A stretch of 62,510 bases of DNA, counting the filler. It is 7 parts of 7 records of this genome, joined end to end, with 100 filler letters (N's around TTAATTAATTAA, not from the genome) between each part and the next. Parts side by side here need not be neighbours in the genome. Positions count along the whole stretch, not along the records: positions 26,744 to 31,804 come from SRR31156797_70734; positions 31,905 to 42,954 come from SRR31156797_70839; 5 more parts are not named here. The stretch is one strand, 5' to 3'. Both the position numbers and the translations under genes were made by a program. Position 1 is the stretch's first letter. Each line of letters opens with the position of its first letter. Below, piece by piece: positions 29,368-39,590 of this stretch. Below the pieces are notes generated by a model, which made no database searches, had not been told where the DNA came from, and saw only the letters and a program-made list of their open reading frames with translations.

Positions 29368-30297
29368 ATGAAACAATACTTCGTACGGCGCCTGATTTAT
29401 TCTCTATTGACGGTCCTGATGATCGCCACGGTCACCTTCTTTATGATGCATTCCATTCCGGGCGGCCCTTTCACCAGAGAAAAACCCGTTCCTCCGGAGA
29501 TAATGAAGGTACTGAATGAAAAGTACAAACTGGACCAGCCTCTGCACATGCAGTATCTGGATTATATGAAAGGCCTGTTGACCTTCAATTTAGGTCCCTC
29601 TTTTTCAAAGGTCGGAATCTCGGTCAATGAGTTGATCGTCGAAGGATTCCCCGCTACCGCCAAAGTCGGTTTTTTTGCGGTTCTCGTTATCGTTATTCTC
29701 GGTGTGCCTATAGGCATTATTTCTGCTCTCAAGCAGAACAAACCCATCGACTATTTCGTGATGTTCATGGCGACCCTGGGCGTTACCATCCCCAGCTTCG
29801 TCATCGCGTCGCTGATCATATATTTCTTATCCGGTAAACTGGGCTGGCTGCCTCCCTTCGGTCTGGACGGCCCTCTGAGCTATATCGGGCCCGTTCTGGC
29901 GCTGGGGGGCTACTCCCTCTCATTCGTCGCCCGTCTGACCCGATCTTCCATGCTCGAGGTCCTGAGGCAGGACTATGTGAGGACGGCCAGGGCCAACGGC
30001 CTCAGGGAGTGGTCGGTCATCGGCAAGCACGCCGTAAAGAACGCCCTGATTCCGGTAGTCACCTATCTGGGCCCCACCATCGCGGCCCTGATGACCGGCT
30101 CCTTCGTCGTGGAGAGGATATTCGCCATCCCCGGCATCGGACGCTACTTCGTAGAGTCCGTTTCCAACCGGGACTACACCGTTATCATGGGAATCACCGT
30201 TATGTATGCCAGCTTCTATATCCTTATGGTCCTGCTGGTGGACGTGGCCTATGCCCTGATTGATCCCCGGATCAGATTCGAGAAGGAGAGCAAGTAG
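29368..30297 (+). CDS. oppB: Oligopeptide ABC transporter permease
   Basis: PGGPF, DYVRTARANGL, FAIPGIG, IDPRI. Confidence 0.95.
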   Translation: MKQYFVRRLIYSLLTVLMIATVTFFMMHSIPGGPFTREKPVPPEIMKVLNEKYKLDQPLHMQYLDYMKGLLTFNLGPSFSKVGISVNELIVEGFPATAKVGFFAVLVIVILGVPIGIISALKQNKPIDYFVMFMATLGVTIPSFVIASLIIYFLSGKLGWLPPFGLDGPLSYIGPVLALGGYSLSFVARLTRSSMLEVLRQDYVRTARANGLREWSVIGKHAVKNALIPVVTYLGPTIAALMTGSFVVERIFAIPGIGRYFVESVSNRDYTVIMGITVMYASFYILMVLLVDVAYALIDPRIRFEKESK

Positions 30298-30301
30298 AGT
30301 C

Positions 30302-31489
30302 ATGGACAGCAATCAGTTTGCATTTATTGATAGAAACGTTCGGGAAATCCCCGAGAAGATGCGCCCCAGCCTGACCTACTGGCAGGATGCCTGGCGGCGC
30401 CTGAAGAACCATACCATGGCCATGGTCGGTCTCTGCGGCGTTATCCTTATCGTGATGATCGCCCTTTTCGGCCCCATGTTTGTGTCCGGAAGCTATTCGG
30501 ACCAGAATCTGGACTACGCCAACGTACCTCCCCGGCTCTCCATCTATCAGCTGGATGAGGGCTTTTTCGTCTACCTGACCAAGGATTACAAACTCCTGGT
30601 GGTCTCCGAGAAGGGAGCGCTCCTGGGAAGGATGGAGAGGACCAAGACCGATCCCATTAAGAAGCACTATACCTACGAGTATGAGGGAAAGAAGGTCGTC
30701 CTCGATTTTTCCTATAACCTGCTGAAGGACAAGATGGGCTACGATTACGACTACTCCTTCCTTTACGAAGGAAACGAGATCACCACGGCTCTGAAGAAGG
30801 TGGGCAACAAGACCTATCCCTTCGGTACGGATGTGCTGGGACGCAGCCTTCTGATCCGCGTTATGTACGGCGCCAGGATCTCTCTGACCGTCGCCCTGGT
30901 GGCCTCGCTGGTCAACCTCTTTATCGGGGTGGTTTACGGCTCCGCCGCCGGATACGAGGGGGGACGGACCGATACGATCATGATGAGGATCGTGGATATC
31001 CTCAACTCCATTCCTCTGGTTCTCTACGTTATCCTGATCATGGTGATCGTGGGTAACCGGGGGCTTTGGACCATGGTTATCGCCCTGGGATCGGTTTACT
31101 GGGTCGTCATGGCCCGTCTGGTCAGAGGACAGGTGCTCAGCCTGAAGAACCAGGAGTTCGTTCTGGCCGCCCAGGCCCTGGGCGTCGCCCGCCATCAGAT
31201 CATCTTCCGCCATCTGATTCCCAACGCCATGGGCCCCATCATCGTCTCCATGACCATGATGATTCCCCAGGCCGTTTTCACAGAGGCGTTCATCGGTTTT
31301 ATCGGACTGGGCGTTTCCGCGCCCATGGCCTCCTGGGGGACCCTGGCCAACGACTCGCTGGCCGGACTGATGTCCTATCCCTACCAGCTCTTCTTCCCCT
31401 CCCTGGCCATCGCCGTGACCATGCTCTCCTTCAATTTTCTGGGAGACGGGCTGCGGGACGCACTGGACCCGAGACTGAGAAAAGGATGA
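30302..31489 (+). CDS. oppC: Oligopeptide ABC transporter permease with extended periplasmic insert
   Basis: YWQDAWRRL, FGTDVLGR, EFVLAAQALG, GDGLRDALDPR. Confidence 0.93.
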   Translation: MDSNQFAFIDRNVREIPEKMRPSLTYWQDAWRRLKNHTMAMVGLCGVILIVMIALFGPMFVSGSYSDQNLDYANVPPRLSIYQLDEGFFVYLTKDYKLLVVSEKGALLGRMERTKTDPIKKHYTYEYEGKKVVLDFSYNLLKDKMGYDYDYSFLYEGNEITTALKKVGNKTYPFGTDVLGRSLLIRVMYGARISLTVALVASLVNLFIGVVYGSAAGYEGGRTDTIMMRIVDILNSIPLVLYVILIMVIVGNRGLWTMVIALGSVYWVVMARLVRGQVLSLKNQEFVLAAQALGVARHQIIFRHLIPNAMGPIIVSMTMMIPQAVFTEAFIGFIGLGVSAPMASWGTLANDSLAGLMSYPYQLFFPSLAIAVTMLSFNFLGDGLRDALDPRLRKG

Positions 31490-31492
31490 TAA

Positions 31493-31804
31493 GTGACAAT
31501 GGATGATAAAAACCTGTTAGAAGTACATAATCTGAAGACCTCTTTCTATACTCATCACGGTGAGATTCAGGCCGTGCGGGGAGCCTCCTACAGCCTGAGG
31601 AAAGGAGATGTCCTCGGGATCGTCGGAGAATCGGGAAGCGGTAAGAGCGTTTCGGCTCTCTCCATTATGGGCCTGATCGAAGAGCCCGGTAAGATCAAAG
31701 AGGGAGAGGTTCTCTTCGAGGGCCGTGACCTGACCAAGCTTTCCCAGAAAGAGCTCTCGGACCTCAGGGGTAATGAGATCGCCATGATCTTCCAGGATCC
31801 CATG
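31493..31804 (+). CDS. oppD: Oligopeptide ABC transporter ATPase, 3' truncated
   Basis: GIVGESGSGKS, IAMIFQDPM. Confidence 0.92.
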
Positions 31805-31904
31805 NNNNNNNNNNNNNNNNNNNNNNNNNNNNNNNNNNNNNNNNNNNNTTAATTAATTAANNNNNNNNNNNNNNNNNNNNNNNNNNNNNNNNNNNNNNNN
31901 NNNN
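31805..31904. other. Artificial contig linker
   Basis: N-run + TTAATTAATTAA + N-run. Confidence 0.99.
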
Positions 31905-31905
31905 A

Positions 31906-32067
31906 CCCTTTTTCACCACCAAGGAGGTGGGCAAAGGGATGGGTCTGGGGCTTGCCATTATTTATGAAATTGTGGTGGAGCACGGGGGCGAGATCCGCGT
32001 GCACAGTGGAGCGGGGATCGGCACCACATTTGTTGTGTTGTTGCCCATGTGCGGGCATGATATTTAA
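31906..32067 (+). CDS. C-terminus of a sensor histidine kinase (HATPase_c), 5' truncated
   Basis: [28 protein letters not shown]...GTTFVVLLP*; absent from the ORF track. Confidence 0.9.
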   Translation, partial: PFFTTKEVGKGMGLGLAIIYEIVVEHGGEIRVHSGAGIGTTFVVLLPMCGHDI

Positions 32068-32079
32068 GGAGAAATTGAT

Positions 32080-32463
32080 TTGAAGCAAAAGGTTTTGATT
32101 ATCGATGACGAAAAACCGACCCTGGACATGTTTGAACTCTTTCTGGAAGCGTATGGGTTTGAAGTTCTGACCGCTGAAAACGGCGAAGAAGGGATCATGG
32201 TCTTTGAAAAGGAAAATCCGTCCATAGTGTTCACGGACATCAAGATGCCGGGGATAGACGGGTTTAAAGTGTTGGAACGGATTAAAACAATTTCGCCCGG
32301 CGCAGTGGTGATTGTCATTACCGGTCACGGGGATAAGGAACTGGCCAAGAAGGCGCTCGATCTGAAGGCAACGGATTTCATCTATAAGCCCGTTCAGAAA
32401 GAAGCCCTTGACGCGGCCCTCGAAAGGGCGGAAAAGGTGCTGAACAATGGGGCGGGTGTTTAA
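32080..32463 (+). CDS. Single-domain response regulator (receiver)
   Basis: IIDDE, FTDIKMPG (phospho-Asp), ITG, KP. Confidence 0.93.
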   Translation: MKQKVLIIDDEKPTLDMFELFLEAYGFEVLTAENGEEGIMVFEKENPSIVFTDIKMPGIDGFKVLERIKTISPGAVVIVITGHGDKELAKKALDLKATDFIYKPVQKEALDAALERAEKVLNNGAGV

Positions 32464-32477
32464 GGGATAGGCTCCTC

Positions 32478-35456
32478 ATGGCAGGGTTAATGGGTTTGCG
32501 CAATTCCGGGCATCGGCTTCGATTCGTGATCAGGCATCCCTGGCTCATGCTGATCCTGATCGGTCTCATCACCCTCCTTTTTGCTTTGAAACTGCCGGAA
32601 CTTCGCTTCCGGACCTCCATATACGATCTGGCCATCGAAAACCTTCCGGAAAGCGTCTACTATGGTCAGTTCAAAAAAATCTTCGGCAGCGAGGAGATGA
32701 TACTGGTGGCGGCCAGGGCCGACAACCTCTTCGCCCCCGAAACATTTGCGCGCCTGGGAGCCGTTGGAGAAGCCATTTCAAAGATCCCGGGGGTGAGTCG
32801 GGTCTTGAGCCTGCCGAGTATCAAAGGGGACATGGACCTCACCTCCCGCTGGACCCCGGGGGAATTCAGGGAAATCATCGGTCCCATTGAACTTTTCAAG
32901 CGGAATTTCCTCTCGGAAGATCAGAAAACCGGCGTAATCTCCGTCATCCTGGATGATGTGCGGGATAAAACACCCGTCATCGAGGCCATCGGTCGGATTT
33001 TGGAAAATGAGACCCTTTCCCTCTACCAGATCGGTATGCCATTGGTGTCCCGGGCCCTGGCCGCCTACACCCAAAGCGATTTTTTTAAACTGCCGCCCGT
33101 CACTTTTGTGATCATGGCCCTGGTATTGCTCTTCCTTTTCAGGGATGTGCGATCCGTTTTAATCCCCACCGGGTCGGTCCTTTTCGCCATGGTCTGGACA
33201 TTCGGCATGATGGCCTGGACCGGTACCCCCATATCGCTTCTGACCATGATCGTGCCCATATTTCTCATCGCCGTGGGTACGGCCTACTGCATGTATATCC
33301 TTTCCGCTTACCGAACCGAGGCGGAAGTTTCGGATTCTTCCAAAGAGGCTGTTTATGCATGCTTTATCCAGGTGCGGTTTCCAACGGTCCTGGCAGTGAT
33401 CACCACCACCATCGGCATCGGCTCCCTCATGCTGAACCGGATTTACAGCATTCAGACCTTTGCCGCTTTCTCCTGCCTGGGGCTTTTGAGCATGCTGGTG
33501 ATGATGCTGGTTGCCGTTCCGGCCACCCTGGCGGTTCTGCCGCTGCCCAAAAGCGCAAAAGTGAGGGTCGGCGGCCCCATCAAGGCCTTTTTAAAGAAGG
33601 TCATTTACCTCAATATCAAATGCCGAAAATGGGTGCTGGCGGCGGTTTTGATGATCAGTCTCCTTGCCGGTATCGGCATCACCCGGATCCATGTGGAAAC
33701 AAACCCGGTGGGGTTCTTTAAAAAAAACACCCCCATCAGCCGGCACTTTGAAGATATCTCAAAACAGACCTCCGGCAGCTTTCCGGTCAATGTGGTATTG
33801 GATGCCCGGACCGAGGGGTATTTTGAGGATCCCGCCCACCTGGTGCAGATTGAAAAAATCCAAGGATTCTTAAATACCCTGGATGGCGTGGATAAAACCG
33901 TTTCCCTGGTGGATTTCTTGAAACTGGTGAATTATGCCACAGACCGGTACCAGAAAACATCGTACGCCCTTCCCGAAGAACCCTTTGAGATTCGCATGCT
34001 CATTAACAGCTACAAAACCATGCTGGGGCAGGAGATGTTCCATCGTTTCATGGACCCGGAAATGAAACAGGCCAATATCCTGCTCCGGACCCATATCGCC
34101 GGATCACGGGATTTCCTGGCCTTGAAACGGAAGATCACCGATTTTTTAAGGGAACACTTCGGGGAGCAATTTGACGGCCATGTGACCGGGTTCGGGATCG
34201 TCATCTCCCAGAGCAGCCAACTCCTCACGGAAGGTCTGGTGAAAAGCCTGTCCCTGACCCTGATACTCATTATTGCGGCCATGAGCCTGTTGTTTCTTTC
34301 CGCCAAAGTGGGTTTGATGGCCATCGTGCCCAATCTTTTTCCCATTATCATCAGTTTCGGCCTCATGGGTTGGCTGGGGATCGAGCTTTCCGTTGCCACC
34401 AGCCTTATTGCCAGCATCGCCATCGGTCTGGCCGTGGACGATACCATCCATTACCTGGTGCGTTACAATCATGAATTCAAAAAGGACCTGGACAAAGACC
34501 GGGCCCTCCGCGATACCATTTACGGGGTGGGAAGACCGATCATATTCACCACACTGGCCATCAGCCTGGGGTTTTCCGTCCTGGTTTTTTCCCATTTCAA
34601 GCCCACGGCGGTGTTCGGCCTCCTCATGGTCGTCACCATGGTGGCTTCCCTGGGGGGCGCCCTGCTGATCCTTCCATCCGTTATGCTCCATGTGGAACTG
34701 GTGACCGCGTGGGACCTGCTGCGACTCATGCCCACCATGGGCGGCATCTCCCCCGGGTTGGCCCATGAACTGAACCAGCCGCTGAATGCCATCAAGGTAG
34801 GGAGTGAATTTTTGAAGATGATGGCCCGGAGAAAGCAACCGGTGCCGGACGAGCGTCTTCTGCAGGTTTCCACCGAGATCAGCGGGCAGGTGGACCGGGC
34901 ATCGGTCATCATCAATCGCCTCACCGAGCTGGAGGAAAAACGGGGGTTCCAAAAAGAAAAGGTTCAATTAAATGATGTGATCCAAAAGACCATTGCCATC
35001 ATTGAGCAGCAATTGCTGCTCGATGATATCCGGATTACCCTGGATCTGCAAAAAGACCTGCCGCTGATCCTGGGGCAGGGCAACCGCCTGGAGCAGGTCA
35101 TGTACAACCTCCTTTCCAATGCCGCCGATGCCATTATGGCCGTTAAAAATGGGACCCGGGGGATCAAGGGGCGTCTCATCGCCATCCGGTCCTTCACGGA
35201 GCAGAACCGGGTCAAGGTTTCCGTATCCGACACCGGCATCGGGATTCCCGCGGAATTGCGGGACCGCATCTTCGAGCCCTTTTTTACCGGCAAGGAAGCG
35301 GGGAAAGGGGCGGGGCTGGGACTGTGCATCAGCCGGGAGGTGGTGAAGAATCATGGTGGGCGCATCCGGGTAAAAGCCTGGGAAATGCAGGGGAGCACCT
35401 TTGTTTTGAGTTTTCCGAAGAGCCCGGGAAACCAGGGAGATATAATTCCGAAATAG
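32478..35456 (+). CDS. MMPL/RND-family membrane protein fused to HisKA-HATPase histidine kinase
   Basis: Two repeats of TM + large loop + 5 TM with FGSEE and GLAVDDTIH, then AHELNQPL, NLLSNA, DTGIG, FEPFF and GAGLGL in a single frame. Confidence 0.9.
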   Translation: MAGLMGLRNSGHRLRFVIRHPWLMLILIGLITLLFALKLPELRFRTSIYDLAIENLPESVYYGQFKKIFGSEEMILVAARADNLFAPETFARLGAVGEAISKIPGVSRVLSLPSIKGDMDLTSRWTPGEFREIIGPIELFKRNFLSEDQKTGVISVILDDVRDKTPVIEAIGRILENETLSLYQIGMPLVSRALAAYTQSDFFKLPPVTFVIMALVLLFLFRDVRSVLIPTGSVLFAMVWTFGMMAWTGTPISLLTMIVPIFLIAVGTAYCMYILSAYRTEAEVSDSSKEAVYACFIQVRFPTVLAVITTTIGIGSLMLNRIYSIQTFAAFSCLGLLSMLVMMLVAVPATLAVLPLPKSAKVRVGGPIKAFLKKVIYLNIKCRKWVLAAVLMISLLAGIGITRIHVETNPVGFFKKNTPISRHFEDISKQTSGSFPVNVVLDARTEGYFEDPAHLVQIEKIQGFLNTLDGVDKTVSLVDFLKLVNYATDRYQKTSYALPEEPFEIRMLINSYKTMLGQEMFHRFMDPEMKQANILLRTHIAGSRDFLALKRKITDFLREHFGEQFDGHVTGFGIVISQSSQLLTEGLVKSLSLTLILIIAAMSLLFLSAKVGLMAIVPNLFPIIISFGLMGWLGIELSVATSLIASIAIGLAVDDTIHYLVRYNHEFKKDLDKDRALRDTIYGVGRPIIFTTLAISLGFSVLVFSHFKPTAVFGLLMVVTMVASLGGALLILPSVMLHVELVTAWDLLRLMPTMGGISPGLAHELNQPLNAIKVGSEFLKMMARRKQPVPDERLLQVSTEISGQVDRASVIINRLTELEEKRGFQKEKVQLNDVIQKTIAIIEQQLLLDDIRITLDLQKDLPLILGQGNRLEQVMYNLLSNAADAIMAVKNGTRGIKGRLIAIRSFTEQNRVKVSVSDTGIGIPAELRDRIFEPFFTGKEAGKGAGLGLCISREVVKNHGGRIRVKAWEMQGSTFVLSFPKSPGNQGDIIPK

Positions 35457-35532
35457 GGGACAGTTGTCAGGGGGCAGGATGAAAAACCATTATCAAAAGC
35501 AAATCGCGAACGACCAAGGACGGAGTCACGTC

Positions 35533-36906
35533 ATGCATTCCCTTTTCAATCCCGAATCCGTAGCGGTTATCGGCGCCTCCGACAACCCGTCAAAGCTCGG
35601 GTATCACGTCATGAAAAGCCTGGTGAACGGCGGATTTGCGGGCGCCATCATACCGGTCAATCCGGGGGCGGACCGGATCTTCGGTTTCAAGGCCTGCGCA
35701 TCGGTAGCGGCATCCGGTATTCCCATCGATCTGGCCATTGTGGTGGTGCCTTCGGGAAGGGTTCCGGCCGTTTTTGAAGAATGTGCGGCGGTCAATGTTA
35801 GGGGAATCGTGCTCATTACCGCGGGCTTCAAGGAGATCGATGATCCGGCGGGGATTGTTCTTCACGGGGAGATTGCACAAATCGTTCAGGGAGGGCAAAT
35901 ACCCGTTATCGGACCCAACACCTTCGGCATGATAAACCTGAGGGCGAATCTGAATGCCTCCTTTACCCCCGAGTTTTCGAGACTGAAGCCGGGAAACATC
36001 GCCCTGGTGAGTCAGAGCGGCGGCATCTCGCACCTGCTGGGATTCCTGGGCATGCGTGACGGTGTGGGGTTTTCTAAAATCGTGGGTCTGGGCAACCGGC
36101 TCAATATTGATTTCGCGGAAATGGTGGATTATCTCATGGAAGATACGGATACCCGCGCCCTGGCTCTCTACGTGGAGGGGATTGATACCCCCAAGGATTT
36201 GATGGCCGCAGCCGTGCGACACGCCGGTAAAAAGCCCATTGTGGTCCATAAGAGCGGCAGCAGCGCTGTGGGGGATGCCGCCGCCCGGTCCCACACCGGC
36301 TCCCTGGCCGGCCGGCACGAGATCTATACCCATGCCTTCAAGCAGGCGGGGATCCTGGCGGTTGACTCCACCCGGGCCCTGCTGGATGCCTCCAAGGCCC
36401 TGGCTTCGTGCCCCATTCCTTCGGGACCCGGTGTGGCGGTGCTCTCTGGCCAGGCGGGTCCCTCCATGGCCGCCTGCGACGTGTGTGAAAAGCGGGGGCT
36501 TGAAATCGTCCGGTTTTCCATGAAAACCCAAAACCGCATCAACGAGCTGCTGCCGCCCCTGGCCCTTCGAACCAACCCGGTGGACATGGGACCCGCCTGG
36601 TACGATTCGGATGCCATCGGGGGAATCGTTCAGGCGGTCATGGACGATGAAAAGGTCCACGGGATTCTGTTTCTGATGATGTTCGCTTCCGCCAATGTGG
36701 AGGCGTTGAAGGGGATCAGCGGCCTGTTGGAACAGTGGGCACAGAAAAAACCGGTGGTGAGCTGCATCCTGTCGCCGCCGGGGATATGGGATGACCGGAT
36801 TGAGGCCCTTGAAAATGCGGGAGCACTGGCCAATTACCCCACGCCCGAGCGGGCTGCCGGTGTGATGGGGGATCTTTTGGCATACGGACGGCTGCAAAAA
36901 ACGTGA
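35533..36906 (+). CDS. ADP-forming acyl-CoA synthetase alpha-type (CoA-binding) subunit
   Basis: LFNPESVAVIGAS, IGPNTFG, SQSGG, SHTGSLAG (phospho-His), NPVD. Start could be 35479. Confidence 0.9.
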   Translation: MHSLFNPESVAVIGASDNPSKLGYHVMKSLVNGGFAGAIIPVNPGADRIFGFKACASVAASGIPIDLAIVVVPSGRVPAVFEECAAVNVRGIVLITAGFKEIDDPAGIVLHGEIAQIVQGGQIPVIGPNTFGMINLRANLNASFTPEFSRLKPGNIALVSQSGGISHLLGFLGMRDGVGFSKIVGLGNRLNIDFAEMVDYLMEDTDTRALALYVEGIDTPKDLMAAAVRHAGKKPIVVHKSGSSAVGDAAARSHTGSLAGRHEIYTHAFKQAGILAVDSTRALLDASKALASCPIPSGPGVAVLSGQAGPSMAACDVCEKRGLEIVRFSMKTQNRINELLPPLALRTNPVDMGPAWYDSDAIGGIVQAVMDDEKVHGILFLMMFASANVEALKGISGLLEQWAQKKPVVSCILSPPGIWDDRIEALENAGALANYPTPERAAGVMGDLLAYGRLQKT

Positions 36907-36956
36907 AAATCAGAAGAGGATCTTGTTTCTAAATTCCTTTTATTCACCATTGAATG

Positions 36957-36985
36957 AAAGCCCTGTCTTTCCGGCAGGGCTTTTT
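36957..36985 (+). terminator. Rho-independent terminator
   Basis: AAAGCCCTGTC-TTTCC-GGCAGGGCTTTTT. Confidence 0.8.
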
Positions 36986-37082
36986 AAATGACCCTTTCAT
37001 TTTAGGTCGGAAAGTGTTACCTTTTCACCGCCGGTTCACGGTGTATTAACAGTAAAAGATAGCGTTAGGTATTGAGGTATTT

Positions 37083-38462
37083 ATGGAAACAACTACAAAA
37101 GAAGCCTTAAGGGCGATTGCGGGTGATGAGGGCTTTTCCGATTCTCTCATGGACCTGGTTGCCTACTCAAAAGATGCGTCGGAACACCAGCATCGGCCCC
37201 ATGCGGCCCTTTGGCCGGTGAACGCGGAGCAGATTTCCAAGGTGCTGAAACTGGCCAACGAAAAGGGATTCCCGGTGATTCCGCGGGGGGCCGGAACATC
37301 CCTGGCCGGTCTGGCAACGCCCGGGAAGGGGGGCTTAATCCTTGATCTGGCCCGAATGGATCGAATCATCGATATCCGCATAGAGGACCGTTTGGCCGTG
37401 GTGCAGCCCGGAGTGATTTATGCGGACCTGGCCCGGGCCCTTTCACCCTATGGATTTTCATTTCCCCCGGATCCGGCCAGCGGAAGTGTCTGCACTCTGG
37501 GAGGGAATGTGGCCACCAATGCCGGCGGCATCAAGGGGGCCAAATACGGCACCACCAAGGATTATGTGCTCGCCCTGGAGGTGGTGCTCCCCGACGGGCG
37601 GATACTGCATACCGGCTCCAAATGCATGAAAAGCGTTTCCGGTTATGATTTGACAAGGCTTTTCGTGGGGTCCGAGGGGACACTGGGGGTCATTACGGAG
37701 ATCACCCTCAAGATCAGTCCCAACCCGCCGGTGACCTCCACGGCCATGGCCACCTTTGAAAGGCTGGAGGATGCGGGCCGGGCGGTGAGTGAAATCATGT
37801 ATTCCGGGATCATCCCCAGCGCCCTTGAGATCGTGGACCAGCAGAGCCTCATGGCCATTAACCGGAACACGGATTTGAATCTGCCCGAAGTGGAGGCCAT
37901 GCTGGTGGTTGAGACCGATGGCTACACCCAAAACGATACGGAGTTTCAAATGGGGAAGGTTCTGGCGGTTTTCAAGAAGAATAATGCCCTAAACCTTCAA
38001 CATGCGGAAAAAGAGGAAGATGCGGCCGCCCTCTGGACGGCCCGAAAGTCCGCTTACGGGGTCATGGCGCGCATTAACAACAACCTGGCCGTGGAAGATC
38101 TGGCGGTCCCCATGAGCAAGGTTCCCGAAACCCTGCGGGCCATCTCGGATCTGGCGGAAAAATACAACCTCCGGATCCCCACGGTGGGCCATGCCGGGGA
38201 CGGCAACCTTCATCCCGTGATCAGTTATGACGGCACCGACCCGGATGAAGTCAAGAGGGTGGAAGAAGCATCGGCCGAACTGTTTGAAACGGTGGTGGGT
38301 TTGGGGGGGACCCTCACCGGCGAGCATGGGATCGGCCTGGCCAAGATCCCCTACATGGGGCTGGAGCACGATGCGGTGAGCATGGATGTGATGCGATCGG
38401 TGAAATCACTTTTTGATCCGAACAATATTCTCAATCCGGGCAAAATGGGATTGGAGGCGTAG
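37083..38462 (+). CDS. glcD: GlcD-like FAD-linked oxidoreductase (glycolate/D-lactate dehydrogenase subunit)
   Basis: PRGAGT, PDPAS, GSEGTLG, GHAGDGNLH, GEHGIG, DPNNILNPGK. Confidence 0.9.
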   Translation: METTTKEALRAIAGDEGFSDSLMDLVAYSKDASEHQHRPHAALWPVNAEQISKVLKLANEKGFPVIPRGAGTSLAGLATPGKGGLILDLARMDRIIDIRIEDRLAVVQPGVIYADLARALSPYGFSFPPDPASGSVCTLGGNVATNAGGIKGAKYGTTKDYVLALEVVLPDGRILHTGSKCMKSVSGYDLTRLFVGSEGTLGVITEITLKISPNPPVTSTAMATFERLEDAGRAVSEIMYSGIIPSALEIVDQQSLMAINRNTDLNLPEVEAMLVVETDGYTQNDTEFQMGKVLAVFKKNNALNLQHAEKEEDAAALWTARKSAYGVMARINNNLAVEDLAVPMSKVPETLRAISDLAEKYNLRIPTVGHAGDGNLHPVISYDGTDPDEVKRVEEASAELFETVVGLGGTLTGEHGIGLAKIPYMGLEHDAVSMDVMRSVKSLFDPNNILNPGKMGLEA

Positions 38463-38472
38463 AAACAATATA

Positions 38473-39567
38473 ATGTATGATTTTGAAAAACAGTTTCGGG
38501 ATGAGGTGCTACGGTGTTCCAATTGCGGGTTCTGTCGCGGGGTCTGCCCCCTGTTCGGGCTGACCAAACGTCCGGCCTTCAATGCCCGGGGCAAGATGTT
38601 GATATTAAAAGAGGTGATGGACGGGCGCATTGACCTGGACGGCCAATTGGTGGATACCCTGTTCCAGTGCACCACCTGCGGCGCCTGTGCCCAACAATGC
38701 CCGTCCGGGGTGAACCCGCCGGAGATTATCAAGCAGGTCCGGAAGGACATGGTCCAACATGATTTTTGCCATCCCGCCTTTGAAGGGATGAACAAGGTTC
38801 TTTCGGAACACACCAATATCTATGGGGAAGATGACAGGGAGGATTTTGAGCGGGAGCGGAACCGGATGGCGGAATGCGTCTATTTTATCGGGTGCGTCGG
38901 TTCCTACCGGGAAGACGAGGCCACCCTGGCGGCCCTGGACCTGCTGGATCACCTGAAAGTGGATTATACCCTGATCGATGAAGTGTGCTGCAGCGGCGTG
39001 CTGGATGATGTGGGTTTTCAGACCCAGGCGGATTTGGCCGGAAAAAACGTGGATCTGATCCTCAAAACGGGTGCCAAGACGGTCATTACCGGTTGCCCTT
39101 ACTGTTTCAGGACCTTCCATGACAGGCCCGCCTATGAGGCCCTTGGGGAGAACGGCATCGAAGTGGTCCATATCAGTCAGTTTTTAAGGGATTTTGATAT
39201 GGGGGTTGAAACCGAAAAGAAGGTCACCTACCATGATCCCTGCGACCTGGGCCGGCACTGCGGCATCTATGATGGGCCCCGGGAAACCGTTCAAAAGATA
39301 GCCCCTGATTTTGTGGAAATGAGACACCATGGGGAGGATGCCCTCTGCTGCGGGGCCGGGGGGGGCGTTCGGGGGGCATATGCTAAAAATTCCATCGCCA
39401 TGGCCCGCAGGCGGTTGGAGGAAGTGGAAGAGATCGGGGCGGAAATCGTTTTGACGGAGTGCAACTCCTGTGTGCATAACCTGAGCAACGCCAAATTGAG
39501 ATCTCAAAAATTCAAGGTGTATACCACCACCCAGTTTATCAACAGGCTCATTGAAGGGGAAGAATAG
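38473..39567 (+). CDS. glcF: GlcF-like Fe-S/CCG-domain subunit
   Basis: CSNCGFCRGVCP, CTTCGACAQQCP, CCSG, YHDPCDLGR, CCGAGGG. Confidence 0.88.
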   Translation: MYDFEKQFRDEVLRCSNCGFCRGVCPLFGLTKRPAFNARGKMLILKEVMDGRIDLDGQLVDTLFQCTTCGACAQQCPSGVNPPEIIKQVRKDMVQHDFCHPAFEGMNKVLSEHTNIYGEDDREDFERERNRMAECVYFIGCVGSYREDEATLAALDLLDHLKVDYTLIDEVCCSGVLDDVGFQTQADLAGKNVDLILKTGAKTVITGCPYCFRTFHDRPAYEALGENGIEVVHISQFLRDFDMGVETEKKVTYHDPCDLGRHCGIYDGPRETVQKIAPDFVEMRHHGEDALCCGAGGGVRGAYAKNSIAMARRRLEEVEEIGAEIVLTECNSCVHNLSNAKLRSQKFKVYTTTQFINRLIEGEE

Positions 39568-39590
39568 AACAATGGGGAGGGTGCAGGATT

